Shown: one piece after another, positions 50,201 through 63,460 of the stretch
How the letters are laid out: every line of letters starts with the position of its first letter
Numbering within the stretch: the stretch's first letter is position 1
Assembly: GCF_964204865.1 (NCBI RefSeq)
Contig: NC_135259.1
Location: 20,088,001-20,152,000, forward strand
DNA from: Styela clava
Taxonomy: Eukaryota
Direction: 5' to 3'
DNA length: 64,000 nt
Notes under the pieces: generated by a model
What the model was told of the DNA's origin: nothing
Database searches by the model: none
Seen by the model: only the letters and a program-made list of their open reading frames with translations
Made by a program: the position numbers and the translations under genes

Positions 50201-52304
50201 CAATTTAGCCCACAGATGAGTTTCCTTTAATTAGCTCTAATTGAATTGGCTGTGAGAAAATGCTAAAAAGATATTAAAGTAAATGGCGGACTTTTGATTT
50301 GACCTATCGCCACCAGACCCAGGACATGTAAAATTAGTAGGGCTGGGAATTTCAGGGAAAACACTTTGACCGTTACCCGGGTAAAATTAACCGGTTAACC
50401 GCCGCGTGACGTTTGACGTATTAATTTATATTTCAGCGTGTTACATCACAATGCTTATAAAGTAATTTCGCGTGTTATTATCTCGGTATCGCTCAAATTT
50501 ATTCACGAATCGAGATAGTTACATGATTGTTCTGCTGCAAGAATAGGCAGCGTGGTTTGGGCATGTGGAAGTATTTTAGAAAAACCCGATTCCGTTGTTA
50601 AACGTCATTATGTAATAAATTTTCAGTGTTCGATGTGCAAGTTCTACTTTGGGATATAATATATTATAAATATATGAACAATATATTTCGAAATCGACCT
50701 GAAACTGATTCTGAATTCATCATTGTCAAATTTCACTTGTTGTATGACTTGTATGACATTAAATATTCGATTTTGCAATGTCATCGTGAACAATATATTT
50801 CGAAATCGACCTGAAACTGATTCTGAATTCATCATTGTCAAATTTCCATGATCAACAATCTTGTACTTCCATTATTTTTCACATTTATTGAGTCCTTACT
50901 CACACAGTTAGTAATATTCTTTTGAATTAAACGCCACAAGAGATAAATTTGAGAAGATGTAATTATATTTGAAGAAATTGTACGGTATAAAGATGGTTTG
51001 TACCTGAGATGTCAGTTAACGGTTAAAATAAATCGTAACCGTTAACCATCTGAAATCGGTTGATCGGTTAACCATTCCCAGCCCTGAAAATTAGCCTACA
51101 TATTAGCCACAGACATATTAAGATTTCAGTGCTCCAAAAGTGTGTACTGATAGGAAGGTAACTAATTTTGTTCGCCTATTTTACATCGAGTTGTGTAAAG
51201 GGGCTGAAACCTATGGGCAGGGGGTGTATTCACTTGGTTAACACAGATAGTCCCCGACTCGTAATATAACTAAAATAAGGAAAATCGGAATAAAAATAGA
51301 GCCTAACCCTAACCTGGTACACATACTACGGGGGTACAAAATATAAATGTAAGCAATTACTCACCCATTGCAGTGACTTGCTTCACTTCGCCCTTCTTTA
51401 AGAATCTTGAATCCATGATACGAAACCATCCGTTCGGATAGACTGGTGGAATTTCAAGACCCTGTTTCCGCCTCCTTCGTACGAGGTTCACGATTTGTCG
51501 TTGAGTCATTTCGTAAGATTCAGGATTGGTATACCTGTGAATAAAGATAGAATTGTTAACATTTTCCTTGAATATGGGCGTATTGAGGGTGTGGATTGGG
51601 CGTATCAAAGGTGAATTTGGTTTATATGAGTTCCATTGAAGTCCAGTAAATATCATCCAAGCGTGACTGGCCAGAATATTGTCATTGCAATAAGAAATTG
51701 ACTCGTGCTGTTATGTTTTGCGATACTGAATTTTTTTAATTATAGTTTATTTTATAGCCACTTTTTGAAAAAAAGTAATATTTGCAGATGCACATTAGCG
51801 ATAACAGTAATTTTTCTAGTTAACAATTAGATTTTCATCATAAAGAAGAAACATGCAACCACTCAATTGTTAAGAGCTATTATCTATTAAAGCGATGTTC
51901 GGCATCACCTGACCACTTAAATACAACCTTCATGAGGTGGTCGAAACGAGGAACAATCTTTAACCCACGATCGACGCTCTTACCACTATGTATCGGACTC
52001 AGACAACAATCCAGATATAACTAGGCGCTAAGGTATCTATTATATCAACTTACCCAACGGACCCCAATGGTCTTATTAACTCGTATGGAAGAAATATTAA
52101 ATCATAGAGGTAGTATACTATTCTCCATATTCTTTTGATGACGTAATAGGTGACGTAACTCGAAAATACTACAGCAAAAATAGTTATGCTCGTAGCAACG
52201 AATTCTGGTGATATGATGTCATTATTGGATGATGTCATCTCCGATTTATGAGATGCCATTGATAATGTTGCTCTATAAAAGTTTCTCACTAAACAGTTCT
52301 CCAT
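44052..52304 (-). CDS. nvd: Neverland/DAF-36-like Rieske-domain cholesterol 7-desaturase, 8 coding exons, 457 aa
   Basis: Exons 52304-52054, 51534-51365, 47657-47472, 47109-46931, 46071-45946, 45844-45725, 45139-44966 and 44219-44052 join through GT-AG introns with matching phases (2,1,1,0,0,0,0) into 1374 nt with no internal stop. Family motifs: N-terminal TM helix, PPVYPNGWF, Rieske CTH-x17-CPFH, iron motif [13 protein letters not shown] (E-x3-D-x2-H-x4-H), [23 protein letters not shown], terminal LDW*. Confidence 0.95.
44440..44935. repeat. Degenerate TTCTCGCAAAA minisatellite in nvd intron 7
   Basis: Many 15-20 bp units with a TTCTCGCAAA core. Confidence 0.8.
44966..45139 (-). CDS. nvd: nvd exon 7
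   Basis: [58 protein letters not shown]; 174 nt; donor GTTGGT. Confidence 0.93.
45725..45844 (-). CDS. nvd: nvd exon 6
   Basis: [40 protein letters not shown]; caacag acceptor, GTAAGC donor, 120 nt. Confidence 0.88.
45946..46071 (-). CDS. nvd: nvd exon 5 (mononuclear iron motif)
   Basis: [42 protein letters not shown]; 126 nt, phase 0-0. Confidence 0.95.
46655..46899. mobile_element. hAT MITE in nvd intron 4
   Basis: Same family as 38701-39002. Confidence 0.82.
46931..47109 (-). CDS. nvd: nvd exon 4
   Basis: [35 protein letters not shown]...[12 protein letters not shown]; ttacag acceptor, GTAAAT donor. Confidence 0.95.
47472..47657 (-). CDS. nvd: nvd exon 3 (Rieske 2Fe-2S cluster ligands)
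   Basis: [61 protein letters not shown]; tttcag acceptor, GTAAGC donor; not in the ORF track. Confidence 0.97.
49420..50170. repeat. About 165-bp tandem repeat, 4 copies, in nvd intron 2
   Basis: AATCAGGCGCCGTTTCATGTCGCGT-like cores near 49495, 49656, 49967 and 50141; SINE fragment inserted. Confidence 0.8.
49716..49852 (+). mobile_element. 5'-truncated SINE (3' half) in nvd intron 2
   Basis: Homologous to the reverse complement of 20217-20355. Confidence 0.7.
50338..51086. mobile_element. Non-autonomous hAT (Ac-like) element in nvd intron 2
   Basis: TIR TAGGGCTGGGAAT/ATTCCCAGCCCTG; perfect TSD AAAATTAG; subterminal GGTTAACC motifs; internal ~60-bp direct repeat (50677 and 50788). Confidence 0.92.
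51365..51534 (-). CDS. nvd: nvd exon 2
   Basis: tcacag|G; [57 protein letters not shown]; donor G|GTGAGT. Confidence 0.95.
52054..52304 (-). CDS. nvd: nvd exon 1 (membrane anchor); alternative in-frame ATG at 52259
   Basis: MENCLVRN...[21 protein letters not shown]...LIRPLGSVG; donor GG|GTAAGT, phase 2. Confidence 0.85.
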
Positions 52305-54020
52305 TTTGTAATTTTATTTATGTTTCTGAGAAAACAATGATTAAAGTTTTTAATATTTTTTCACTTTATAATCGTTATGCAAAGGAACAATTCTTTTCTA
52401 AATAATCGGCGTTTATTAATTTGCAACTCCTACCATCTCTATTAGGTGGGGTTTACATTCTGTATGTACTCGCATTTCAAACATGATGAAAAAATGAAGT
52501 ACTGGCTTATTTTTTGAATTTGAAATGATGCTTATGGAGTCGTCATTGTCTATCCAATCTATTCCACCTTGGATGAGGTGTTATGTCAAATTGATTTCTA
52601 CGATTCACTAAACAACTCAAAATGTCGGTACATAATAGTTCAGGTTACAAACAACTGTGATGAAATATCATTAATGCTCTGATACATGGGGAGTTATTGA
52701 TTTTGTAATAATGCTCTGCATTGTCTCACCAATTTCTCCCACCTTGGATGAGATAATATGTCAAATTGATTTCTGCAACTGACTAAACAACACAAAATGT
52801 CAATACACAATAGTTTAGGTAACAAAATATATCATCAATATATAATAAGACAGTATCAAACAAAGTCCGTTGCGCCCGGGAAAAAAGTTTTGTTGCCAGC
52901 TGTAATAGGACTGTTTTCTCACAATAGAATTACAATGAAGATTACGATAAAGCGATCTTATCTTTCGCTGCCAGCCCAAGAATGAACACTGAACTTTGCT
53001 ACTCGATCTCCCTTGCTTGATGTGATTTCAATCGCGTTTAATCTCATAAAGACATTCTCATAGAATTCGTTTCCCAACACTAACTAGAATCACTTAAATT
53101 ACACAATCCCTGATATCGCATCGTAATTGACACTACTGAACTACCTGATTAGACTGAGCTATCTTCATACGCGGTCTCTATATATATATACATTCGTAAC
53201 TAGGCAAAAGTGCAAAGTCCTGTTTTTCTTGTACTTCAGGAAATATCTCGTTTTATTTAGCGACACCGGTGTTGTCTCTATGACGTCAATTTTCGTCATA
53301 ATAATGCCGGGGAATTTAAAATTTTCAGCCGCAAATTTTGAATCCTAATACGGCGAGACACTTTTGTTTTTGTGTGCTTGATATTGCGTCAAAAATGTAA
53401 ATTAGGTGTTTGATGACATCACTAAAGTTTCAGTAGAAAATAATTAAGTAGGAAGTAAATACAATTTAATTTTTGGGAAAATATTCAACATTTTTATGAT
53501 ACTCTTGACTGCAGAATAAATGTACCGTAAGTAAGAGTAAGAGTTACGAATCTTTGGCATTATTTAATGAATTTTTGTAAATTAAACAATGGAGCTATCG
53601 CTACTGAACATCTGTAACGAATTGTATTACACGGTTTATTTACAACTTTTAGAGACAGATGGATGCCACGAAAACTTCATGGAGTGAACGAGTCACCTAT
53701 ATACCGTACACAGCTTAAGTTTTTGTATGCCGAAAGAACGGTATACTGTATGTATCATACCGTATATACCTATGTACCGAGCTGATCTTCCTAACTGTAA
53801 AAAAACCCAGATATTGGTCGATTTACTAACGCTAACCATTCTGAATCGATTGGAATACAAATTGTTAGGCTGAGATCAAAACAACTAATTTCTTCAAACT
53901 TTAGACACCACTTTTGGGGTGTTGCACATCTCCGTCTCGCGTTTTCGGTATTGACCTCAAAGGGTTCTAGAGAAGAATTTGAAAATAAGCGTTCATGAAT
54001 CTTTTGTACAAATCCTCCGC

Positions 54021-55150
54021 CAGGGTTGCCAGATCCCAGTGATGACAAAAAGCCAAATTAAGACAGAAAAAAGACATAAAAAGCCAACAATTTTAACAAG
54101 TACAAAACCTCATGATTTGAGACTCCTAGCACAATTGTGGATTTGCACAGTTCGCAATATGCTGATTTAGAGTCATCAGGTGATTTAGTGAGCCACATCA
54201 AATGCTAAATCCTACTAAAATTTGTAGTTTTGGTTGCTATCATGACGATTTCCACTTCAGCACAATCGAGGGTATACAACTAAGAAGGATCATTGAATGA
54301 CAGAATTAGAAAGTATATCCGACATAATACAGTCAAACTGACATATACATAAAAAATTTAAAAAACATCGAAAGCCAAAAAAGGAAATATTAAGCGGACA
54401 GCACTATTTTTTCAATTCAGGTATATACAATACACCATGTATACCGCTTTAGGACGGATAAATGTACATGTTTCTAATTTAACTTGCGATATATATATAT
54501 AACTCAGAAAATTCTCGTGATTTTTACCTATTGAATTTTTTTTTATGATTGGTTTGAAGTGTTGGCGGTTATAAACTGGTTAACATGTTTGAAGGGTTCG
54601 TTTTTACTAATATTATTTAACCGCGTGCCGCTTGTAGATAATCACGTCATTTGCGAAAATTTTGATTACCGCAGTCCGCAACCAAATTAAAGCTCTTCGG
54701 AAAGCAAAATGACAATTACTGAATTAAGGCATACAACTATTTTTTGGAAACCTAACTGAAAACCGACAAATAACTCTGTAACACGCAAAACTATGAAAAC
54801 GAAGCCTGCTTGAACATGTGTCTGAGCGGCTACAAAAACTGCAATTGTTATGTCATTCTAGGAGATTCAATACTCTTGCGGCACACAAATATATTTCTGT
54901 AACATTTTGTTTGACCAAGGTCAGACTTCTTTATAGTTCAACCTAATCGCTAACACATGTTATGTCATTGTTGGTTTCTTTTGATTGATTGTGGTTAAGG
55001 GAAAATGTTGAGTAGTCGCCTTGCTATTGTTGCACAATAAATACTATTATAGTGCATATTTTAAATGATTTTAATAATAGACAGTAGAATGGACATAAAA
55101 AAGCCAAGATCGTGAAATTTGGCGTTAAATAAGCCAACATGGCAACCCTG
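54021..55150. mobile_element. Non-autonomous hAT (Blackjack/Tip100-like) element
   Basis: TIR CAGGGTTGCCA/TGGCAACCCTG; approximate TSD TCCTCCGC/GCCTTCGC; AAAAGCC subterminal repeats. Confidence 0.8.
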
Positions 55151-56568
55151 GCCTTCGCCACTAATGCAAAAATGTGAGATTTTAGAAAAACACCCCCTCC
55201 GCGTTTTAAAATAACAAACTAGTGATTATCTAGTTGGGATTCGGGTAAGAAATGATTTAAAAGTTTTCAGCGCAATCTGCATTCCTAGCCTTGACCTTAC
55301 TGAATAATTACTACTTTTTTTTATTTTAGTATTTTTATTTATGGCGACGGCGCTTTTTTGGCGGGTCCTTGTACAAAAGATCCGACTTGGTAATAATACA
55401 CTTGTTTCGTTAGCACTTGCCATTTTTGTGTCCGAGGTGGAATTGTCTCCCTTACTTTCGAGTCAGTGCGCGTTTTGAGGAGTAAATTCTCTCAAATATA
55501 TAAATAGCTATGTATCATAAATTCTTTCTGCGATAAGCACCAATTTTTTCAAGAATCCCAGTTACTAATCCTTACGTTAATATTCCGATTACATGACCTA
55601 TATAAAAAATGTCTTACTCATTTAAAAACTTCTCATAACTGAAAAACCTTTTCTTCCGGATTTAATATTTCTAGAAAATCTTTAACTATTTCTATTTTGT
55701 CATGTCATTAGATCATTTATATGAAAAGAAGTCAATTCTCGTAATTATTGTTGTGACGAACAACCTGGGAATTCCACAAATGAGAAATTTCTCGCGAGGT
55801 TTAATTATCACGTGATAAACAGCTCTCAATCCTTTTTCTGATTCCAATTAGGTTTTCAATAATTTTGCTTTGAAATATGCTTTTGACCAGAATTTTTGAT
55901 TGAATAAGCTGCTAAAGACCAAAACACTCTGGTTCGGTGACGTACGTAGAATTTCGTTGAAAAATTTTGCGACGTCATAATGTAAGATCATATTTAAGTA
56001 CGTGATAAGGAGCTCTCGATACTTTTTTTAATTGTATATGAAGGAATGGATACTTTCGCTCGGAACACAGCATTAGACCAGTTTCGTTAATATTTAAGAC
56101 GTCATAATGCAATATCATATTTTGTATTCTACACGACGGTGAAACTCTCTGTGGCGTCATAGCGAATTTTAAAAAATCATTATGGCTTCCGAAAAATGAT
56201 TGTAAAATTATAATATCGTCATAAATATATTTTTAAATTTGAGTGGACTATGAAATTGAAGTCATGAATACATTTGTAAATGAATTCAAAGCAAGTTTAA
56301 AAGTTAAAAGTTGTAATAAGACGTCATGACACGTGACGGCATACCACCCGTTTCAAATCACGATAGTGGGATGGGGTGGGGGCGTGACCAATGCTCGCGT
56401 TGAATTAATTTTTTCTCACATACTTTTCTTGCTGAGTTGACGTTCACCTGTTTCCTTGACAGTGTAACTTGAATTGATTTGTTTTAAGCCGCAAGCGCTA
56501 TTTTATGACAATTCTCTCGCAACGATAAACCTATCATTTGCTATTATATCTTTAGTGATCTCTGACAA

Positions 56569-56708
56569 CCCTTCTCCCAGCACTTTTCCTACTTTCAAAA
56601 TGGAATCTCGTTGCCTTGCTTTAATAAAAATTGCAACTCTTCTATCAATACTCTTTCCACTTTTAGTTGAAGATCCGCGACTTTGCTTTGAGCAAACTCG
56701 CAACTATT
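56569..56708 (-). pseudogene. Receptor tyrosine kinase (TAM/MET-like) juxtamembrane/P-loop exon relic
   Basis: After tgatag: ...VADLQLKVERVLIEELQFLL, frameshift, LKVGKVLGEG. Confidence 0.38.
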
Positions 56709-58552
56709 CTATCAAAACACGCAGTCAGAATTATTTTTACAAACAAGTCAGAATTATTTTACTTGTCACTCAAGTAAAAAACATTTAACAGCAAAGTTTC
56801 TGTAATAAGTATCGAAATGAAAAATGCTATAAAAGACAGGCGACTCCGTCATCGGATCCACAACACCTCGCAATACCACGTTGAGGGCTCGAAAACTTGC
56901 TTTAGAAAATTTTGCAACTATTCTATCTGTATTTATTTTTACATTCCAATGGAGGGTTCGTAATCTCTTTTTAAAAAAACTATTTCATCAATAGAGTCTA
57001 CATGCATTTGAAACGAACAACAATGTAAACATTCCCAAATGTTTGATTCGTTGCGCTGCCTATAAAATCTTACTTGGAACGATATCAAAAGTGTATTTCA
57101 AAACTTGAGTATTGTTAGAATCACTTTGAAAACATAAAATGGGGTGGACTAATGGGTGGATTTTTTTCTTCGCTAAAATCGACAATGTCGATTTTTCTAT
57201 TTTTAGCTTCGAAACTATGGTTCGAGCAAATCTGCCAAAAATCACCATAAAATTCCGACTTTTAGACTACAACACCCAGACTGAAATTCGTGTTTTTGCT
57301 CAACCAGGCATACTTCCTTTACGTGTTATGATTCAAATCCTCTCGTAAACAAAAGGATCAAATTTACAATATACAATCACCAAATTGTCGTTGTCAATGT
57401 TATTTACAGCATTTACAGTTTCATATTTATTCTTCACGTTTGAAAATTTGCTCTTTAGCTACTGAAATGATTACTCACGGTGTTATGAAGTTTCGGTAAA
57501 TTCTACCGAGCTGACGCATTTCACGTACGCAAATGCGTCGCTAAAAGTTTCCGTCGAAAGATAAAAATAGCTTCAACCTTTACTTGACTTCTCTCGATTT
57601 TAACTTGCTTTTAAAAGCTTCCATTACTTTTTGACAAAAAATTTTTGGTCTCCTGATTTTTATACCCGTGTGAACTAGGAGAAAAAGTTTTTAATTCTCT
57701 CATATTTTCGGTGATTAGAACGTTTCAATTTCGGTAGAATTGGAACAAGAGAGCAAAGTCTATTCATACATGGTGTCCATAAAGTCCCTTCACAATTTCA
57801 ATTTTGGTATGAAGTTAGTTCTTAATATATTTATATCCCATACCAGAACTATATACCAGAACTTCCCAAACTTTTAGGCTCGCGACCTCTTCCTATATAT
57901 TGAAATTTTCCGCCACCCCTGGTAAGTCGGTATTGTTATACACGCGCGATCTGATCCTATGAAATCTCTCAAATCGTGAGATTTATATTTCGCACCAGTT
58001 TTAATAATCGCGTTTCGTATCAACAGTCTAAAAAAGTACAGTAGATATATCACTTTAGGTAAAACTGCTGCACTTATTGCAAACCCTAAAATTTATTGTG
58101 CGCCTTCTACGCGGTCGCGAAATGTGTGATTTGAGAAAAATACACGTTTTAAATAACAAACTAGTATTTGTCAAGTTGGGGTTAGAGTTGTGGTTAGGAA
58201 TAATTTCAAAATTTGAATTTCCATTCCCATCTGCATTCCGGAAATTTCTAATTACCAAGTTAGACCGTAACAGCTAGCGGGTTCGGGTAGCTTTTCCACA
58301 TTTTACGAAGGGGGAAGGGGGTGGTCCCACTCTCACTACCCCCTGGCTACGTTCCTGATGACATCCTTCGTAAAGGGTTTATTTGCTATGAACTACAGAA
58401 TATATATATATATAACTAGGGTACTCCCGAAGTATGTAAACCAATATGACGGACACCGGGGCGTAGGATGTGTACCAGGTTAGGGTTGGGCCATAATTTT
58501 ATATATATATATAAACAGACACTGATATGCAGCAACGAAATAACAACTAGAA

Positions 58553-58824
58553 CAGTCGTTCTCAACTTTTTTTTCGTTGCCCACTTTTGTTGTGGCCATT
58601 AACTTTCCCATGCAAGGGAAAACCTACAAGAAAAACAAAAAATTCTTTTCGCAAAGATAGGTAATTCAAATAATTAAATTGAGAATTACCACCCAGAACC
58701 AAAAAGCAATAAAACTTTAAATAAATTATCAATAACACTGGCAATTTTGAATAGGTTTGTGGCACACCAAAAAAATAATCCTGTAGTCCAAAAGTGAGCC
58801 ATGGCCCACTGGTTGAGAACCGGT
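58553..58824. mobile_element. hAT MITE whose right TSD is split by a 6-bp-TSD element
   Basis: CAGTCGTTCTCAAC/GTTGAGAACCGG; left flank AACTAGAA, right flank AACTA-[58830-59054]-AACTAGAA. Confidence 0.7.
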
Positions 58825-61034
58825 AACTAGGGTACTCCCGAAGTATGCAAACCAAGATGGCGGACACCGGGGCGTAGTTTGTGTACCAGGTTAGGGTTGG
58901 GCCCTAATTTTATTGCAATTTTCCCTATTTTAGTTTTATTACGAGATCAGGGACTAGCCAAGTGACTCCCGTATTATTTGTATCTAACCCTAACCTGGTA
59001 CACACACTACGTTTCGGTGTCCGCCCTCTTGGTTTACATAATTCGGAAAAGCCGCAACTAGAACCTCCTACCCGCAAATATATATCTCTTCGCGTGACAG
59101 GACTTCCACATATTTCGCCTCCCATCAATCATGCGATGTTGTGTATATACCACAACTGTCACTCGCAACCTATCACTAACAAAGCGCCACGTTAGCATTA
59201 GTGATTACATCTTTGACATTTTCGTGATCCCGTTATATTTGTATTATTCATAACGCACTAAAAGAGTGATACCGCTTTGAGCGCTAATTTTGTGGCAATT
59301 CTAATTTGAGGTTTAATTCTAATAGTGTGATAATTTGAAGCCGTATGTCAAACCAAATGAATGATTTCTTCGCATCTTTACGTCTGAAAAATGTGAATAA
59401 TTTGGCTCTGTTGTTAGGAAAATGAAACAAATTTTTGCAACAACAAACCAACGCCTTCCTGCAAAGATAACAACAATGATCAAATGGAGTTTTAAGTATT
59501 TTGTGGCGTCCGAAGCTGCCGCAAAACCATGGCGGGATATTCAAACCACCGCCGCTATGGTCAAACCATGGCGACTGACTTTTTAGCTGCCACGAACCAA
59601 ATTGACCTCGGCAGCAAATTAAAAACCCAATGAAGGATAAAATTTTTCTGCCACAAACCAAGGCATGTTGGCTGTAATGACAGGGCTGCCCCTGATAATG
59701 ACAAACTTTGGGTAAGTTGGAATATTTTCCTTGTGAATACAGTTTTGATAGATTTTGGTTTAGGTTTCAGGTCTAAGTAGATATAATTTTGCATGATAAC
59801 TGTAATCTGGTACAAGACTTTGTGAATATGCAAATAATAGCCCATAAGATCATGACAAGAGACGCCGCGGTTCGTTTGTGGTAGGAGCTACCAGAAAGTG
59901 GTGAAAACAATGATGACCAATATATAGATTAACAATGTTATATTAATATTGTTAAATTTTAATGCTTTTAACTCGCGTAGTTTTGTCCACAACGTCTATT
60001 AGATTTTTAAATGTTCAAATGCTTCCACTCTTTATGGGTGCGCATTCTGTGACAATACTTATGTGGATTTACCAAATTTATAATCTTTACGGCGAATAAA
60101 TTCATTTATTCTCGATGATGAATTAAAAATGATCTTGGGCAAAGCCCATTGGCAATGCCCATTGTCGAGACATCCAATTTTAGGAAGATGATAGTTTAAA
60201 TGTTGGTTTTTTCAAATCCGCATAGTTAAAATTTTTTGAGTTTTAAGCTCGGGCAAAAGGGTGTATAATTTCGGGGTTGAAATGTAAACTTACAAAACAT
60301 GTATCATAAATTCTATAAACTCTAATAAGTAGGGCTGGGCAAAGTCCATCGTCAGGTTCGATCATAGAAATTCGTGTTTTCGCGTGTTTCACAGCACCCG
60401 CGTCAATCTAACTCATCGAAAAGACGACGTCGTCGCTATGACAGTTTTCACATATTTTGTGACAACGATGTGCGATATGATCTATTCAAATTTCGTTCTA
60501 TGGAATGTAAGACATGCGTGCTTTGCTAAATTTGAATTCAACCACTGAATGATAACAATGTACTATCACGCCATTTCGGTTATGTGGTTGCCGCGTTGTC
60601 ACCAAGAAATTTAACTGTATAGTATGTTGTTGAAGGCGGTGTCGATGAAAATGTTGCGTCCCACTTGTTCATCATATATCCCACGATGTGTATTCAATAT
60701 TATTCGTCTGAACCTTGCATGTTAATTTCTTTTACCGGATGGAATAAATAAACCTGACTCTGACTACTTCCTTAGTATATGTACCAGAGCAAATACGGAT
60801 TAGGGTTGGTCACAATATTATCCCAATTTTCCGTTGAGTTTTCCGGTTGATCTGAGAATATTTTAATTTTATTGTTGTGTTAGCCAAGTGAATATACCCC
60901 CTGCCACCATACCACCATAGATTTCAGTCCCTTTCCACAACTTGATGAAAAAAAGGCGACAAAATCAGTTACCTCCATACTGGTACGCATACTTCTGGAG
61001 CGTCGTAAATTTAATCTTTTATTATGTTGCTAAA

Positions 61035-61910
61035 GGCCGTGTCCAACTTGTTCATCATTTGTCTCACTATGCTATGGTCGTCCCATTTATTTCACATTTG
61101 CCACTCTTGCCGAACACTTGTGCCACAATTGTTCACTTGTCCTAGGATTGTGACATTTAAAAAAAATTGACCATTTGGATGCCCAGTATCTTAAAAATAT
61201 CGTGACTTATACCCTCATCCTACTTTGCCACACTTGTTCCAGATTTGCCCCACTTGTCCGCGAGGTCATAAACGTCCATTTTAGTCCTGCTTGTCGCACA
61301 CTTGTGCCGTTAACCAGTTGGATGCCCGGTGTCTTGAAACTTTCGTGAACTGTACTTGTCCACCACCATCCCACTTTGTCCCACTTGTTCTACACTTGTC
61401 TGCGAGGTCACAAATTTGTACCACATGGCCCACTTCAACGCGGTCCATCGTGGTCCTACATGTCCCACAATTGACTCGCACTTGTCCACCTACATCACAA
61501 CTATTCCACATTTTTCCACGAGATGTAAACTTGTCTCACGTAACCCACTCCAACGCGTCCATCTTAGTCCTACATGTCCAACACCTGTGCCGTTAGGAAA
61601 ATTAACCATTTGGATTTCTGGTGTCCTAATAATTCTGTGACACCCACTTACTCCACTTCTTCCATACTTGTCGGCGAGATTCTAAAGTTGTCCAACCTGA
61701 CACACTCCAACGCGTTTGGATTTATCCCACTTGTCCCACGTAACCCACTTTGTTATACATAATACATTGGTAGAAAGATAAAATAGTCATATGGAACGGG
61801 ATTCATGCAATCAGACCAAGTTTGAGAGAGGGGGTTAGGCGTGGTACAAGTGTGGCAAGTGCAGTGAAATGTGGGAAAAGTGGTGCACGACATTGTGACA
61901 CATCCTGACA
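61035..61910. repeat. Degenerate CCACTTGTC-rich array with a short inverted portion
   Basis: Many CCACTTGT motifs over 61035-61755; complementary ACAAGTG motifs at 61840-61890. Confidence 0.7.
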
Positions 61911-63460
61911 GAATAGCCTACATACATGGTCTATCTATAGTACTATAGTAAACACATTTTCATGATTTGTTCAACACCGTAACCACTTGAACATCGCGGC
62001 CACTGAAATTGCAACCATCTCTTCAGTTCATTAATTAATTCTGTAAAAAAAAATGGGTGCGACTTTCGTATGCGATCTCAGCAGTTGTATGATACTAGTT
62101 AGGGTTAGAAACTGAATCCTCCACTTTGTTATTCGATTGAGATCACATCCCAAAGTCGTACCAAAAATTGTGATTCCTTCATTTGTAAATTAATCCAATT
62201 TTTAGTGAATACAAATCAACTGGAAGCCATCAAAGTATAAAGCAGTGGCTCTCAACCTTTTATAACCCCCTGCCGGAGCCTTTAAGCACTCATACATACA
62301 TACATACATACATACACTCACCCTCCTGTTTGGTGGATCGCAAACGCTATTATGTTCAAACTATCATGCTCAACAAAAAACATACCTTTGTCAAGCAATG
62401 AAACTAGGAGGAACAGGGAGTTTTTTTCTAAAAGGAAATATAACATCAGTTTCGTGTCTAGCATGGTGGCCCCAGCAGAGACCCCTTTGGTTGGAAACTG
62501 CTGGTATAAATCAAAGCTACTAGTACAAACAACGTGAAAGGTGATTAAAAAATTGCTAAATCGATGCATTGAGAAGTGTGTTTATTATCTTTCGACACAA
62601 ATAAAATATTAAAAACGGCTTAAGAACCATTAAAAGATATAATTAAAGTATATTTATGAATAACCTTCAACAAACAGGTTGAATGGTAAAAAGTGGAAAG
62701 ATATTTTTTATGATAAGCATTGCCGCATGATACACCGCAACAGTTACAGTTTTAGAACAAGACAATGATTTAGCAAAACGTAGGAAGCGGGATCACGCAA
62801 AAAAATTGCTGAATTGTTTTTCTGTAACAAGAATTAATAATGTAATAAAGACTCTAACTGTTCCAAAAATGCAATTTTATTACCACAATACGACGAGCAA
62901 TAAAAAAATGTCTCCTATTGTCACGAAAATCTAATTTACCGTGGAAATCAGACGATAAGTATTTGTTGTCAAAATAATTAAAACGTCACATAAAGTAAAT
63001 TTTGGTAACGACATTACCGGTGTTATCGGAAAAACGATCATTTTGTGGGCGTTAAATTAAAATTAGAACGACTTCAAATTGTTGTGATTCTCGGTAATTG
63101 CGTCAGACGCGATATTTTGGTCTTTCTTGAGCGTCAAGGTACGGACGGAATGTAGAAATTAAAGTTGATAAAAACAGATAATATAAATTTAACCATACTC
63201 TTGTAGTGTGTGTTCCAGGTAAGGGTTAAGGCACAATATTATTCCTATTTTTCTCATTTTAGTTCTATTACGAGTTCGGGGACTGTCCGTGTTAGCCAAG
63301 TGAATACACCCCCTGCTCATATGTTCCAGTCCCTTTATACAAGTAGGGGAACAAAATTATTTACCTTTATATCGGTACACACATTTCTGGAGCGTCCTTG
63401 TTTGCAAGTGCTGTTATGACCACTTTGTGGCGTCTGAAGCTGCCGCAAAACCATGGCGGG

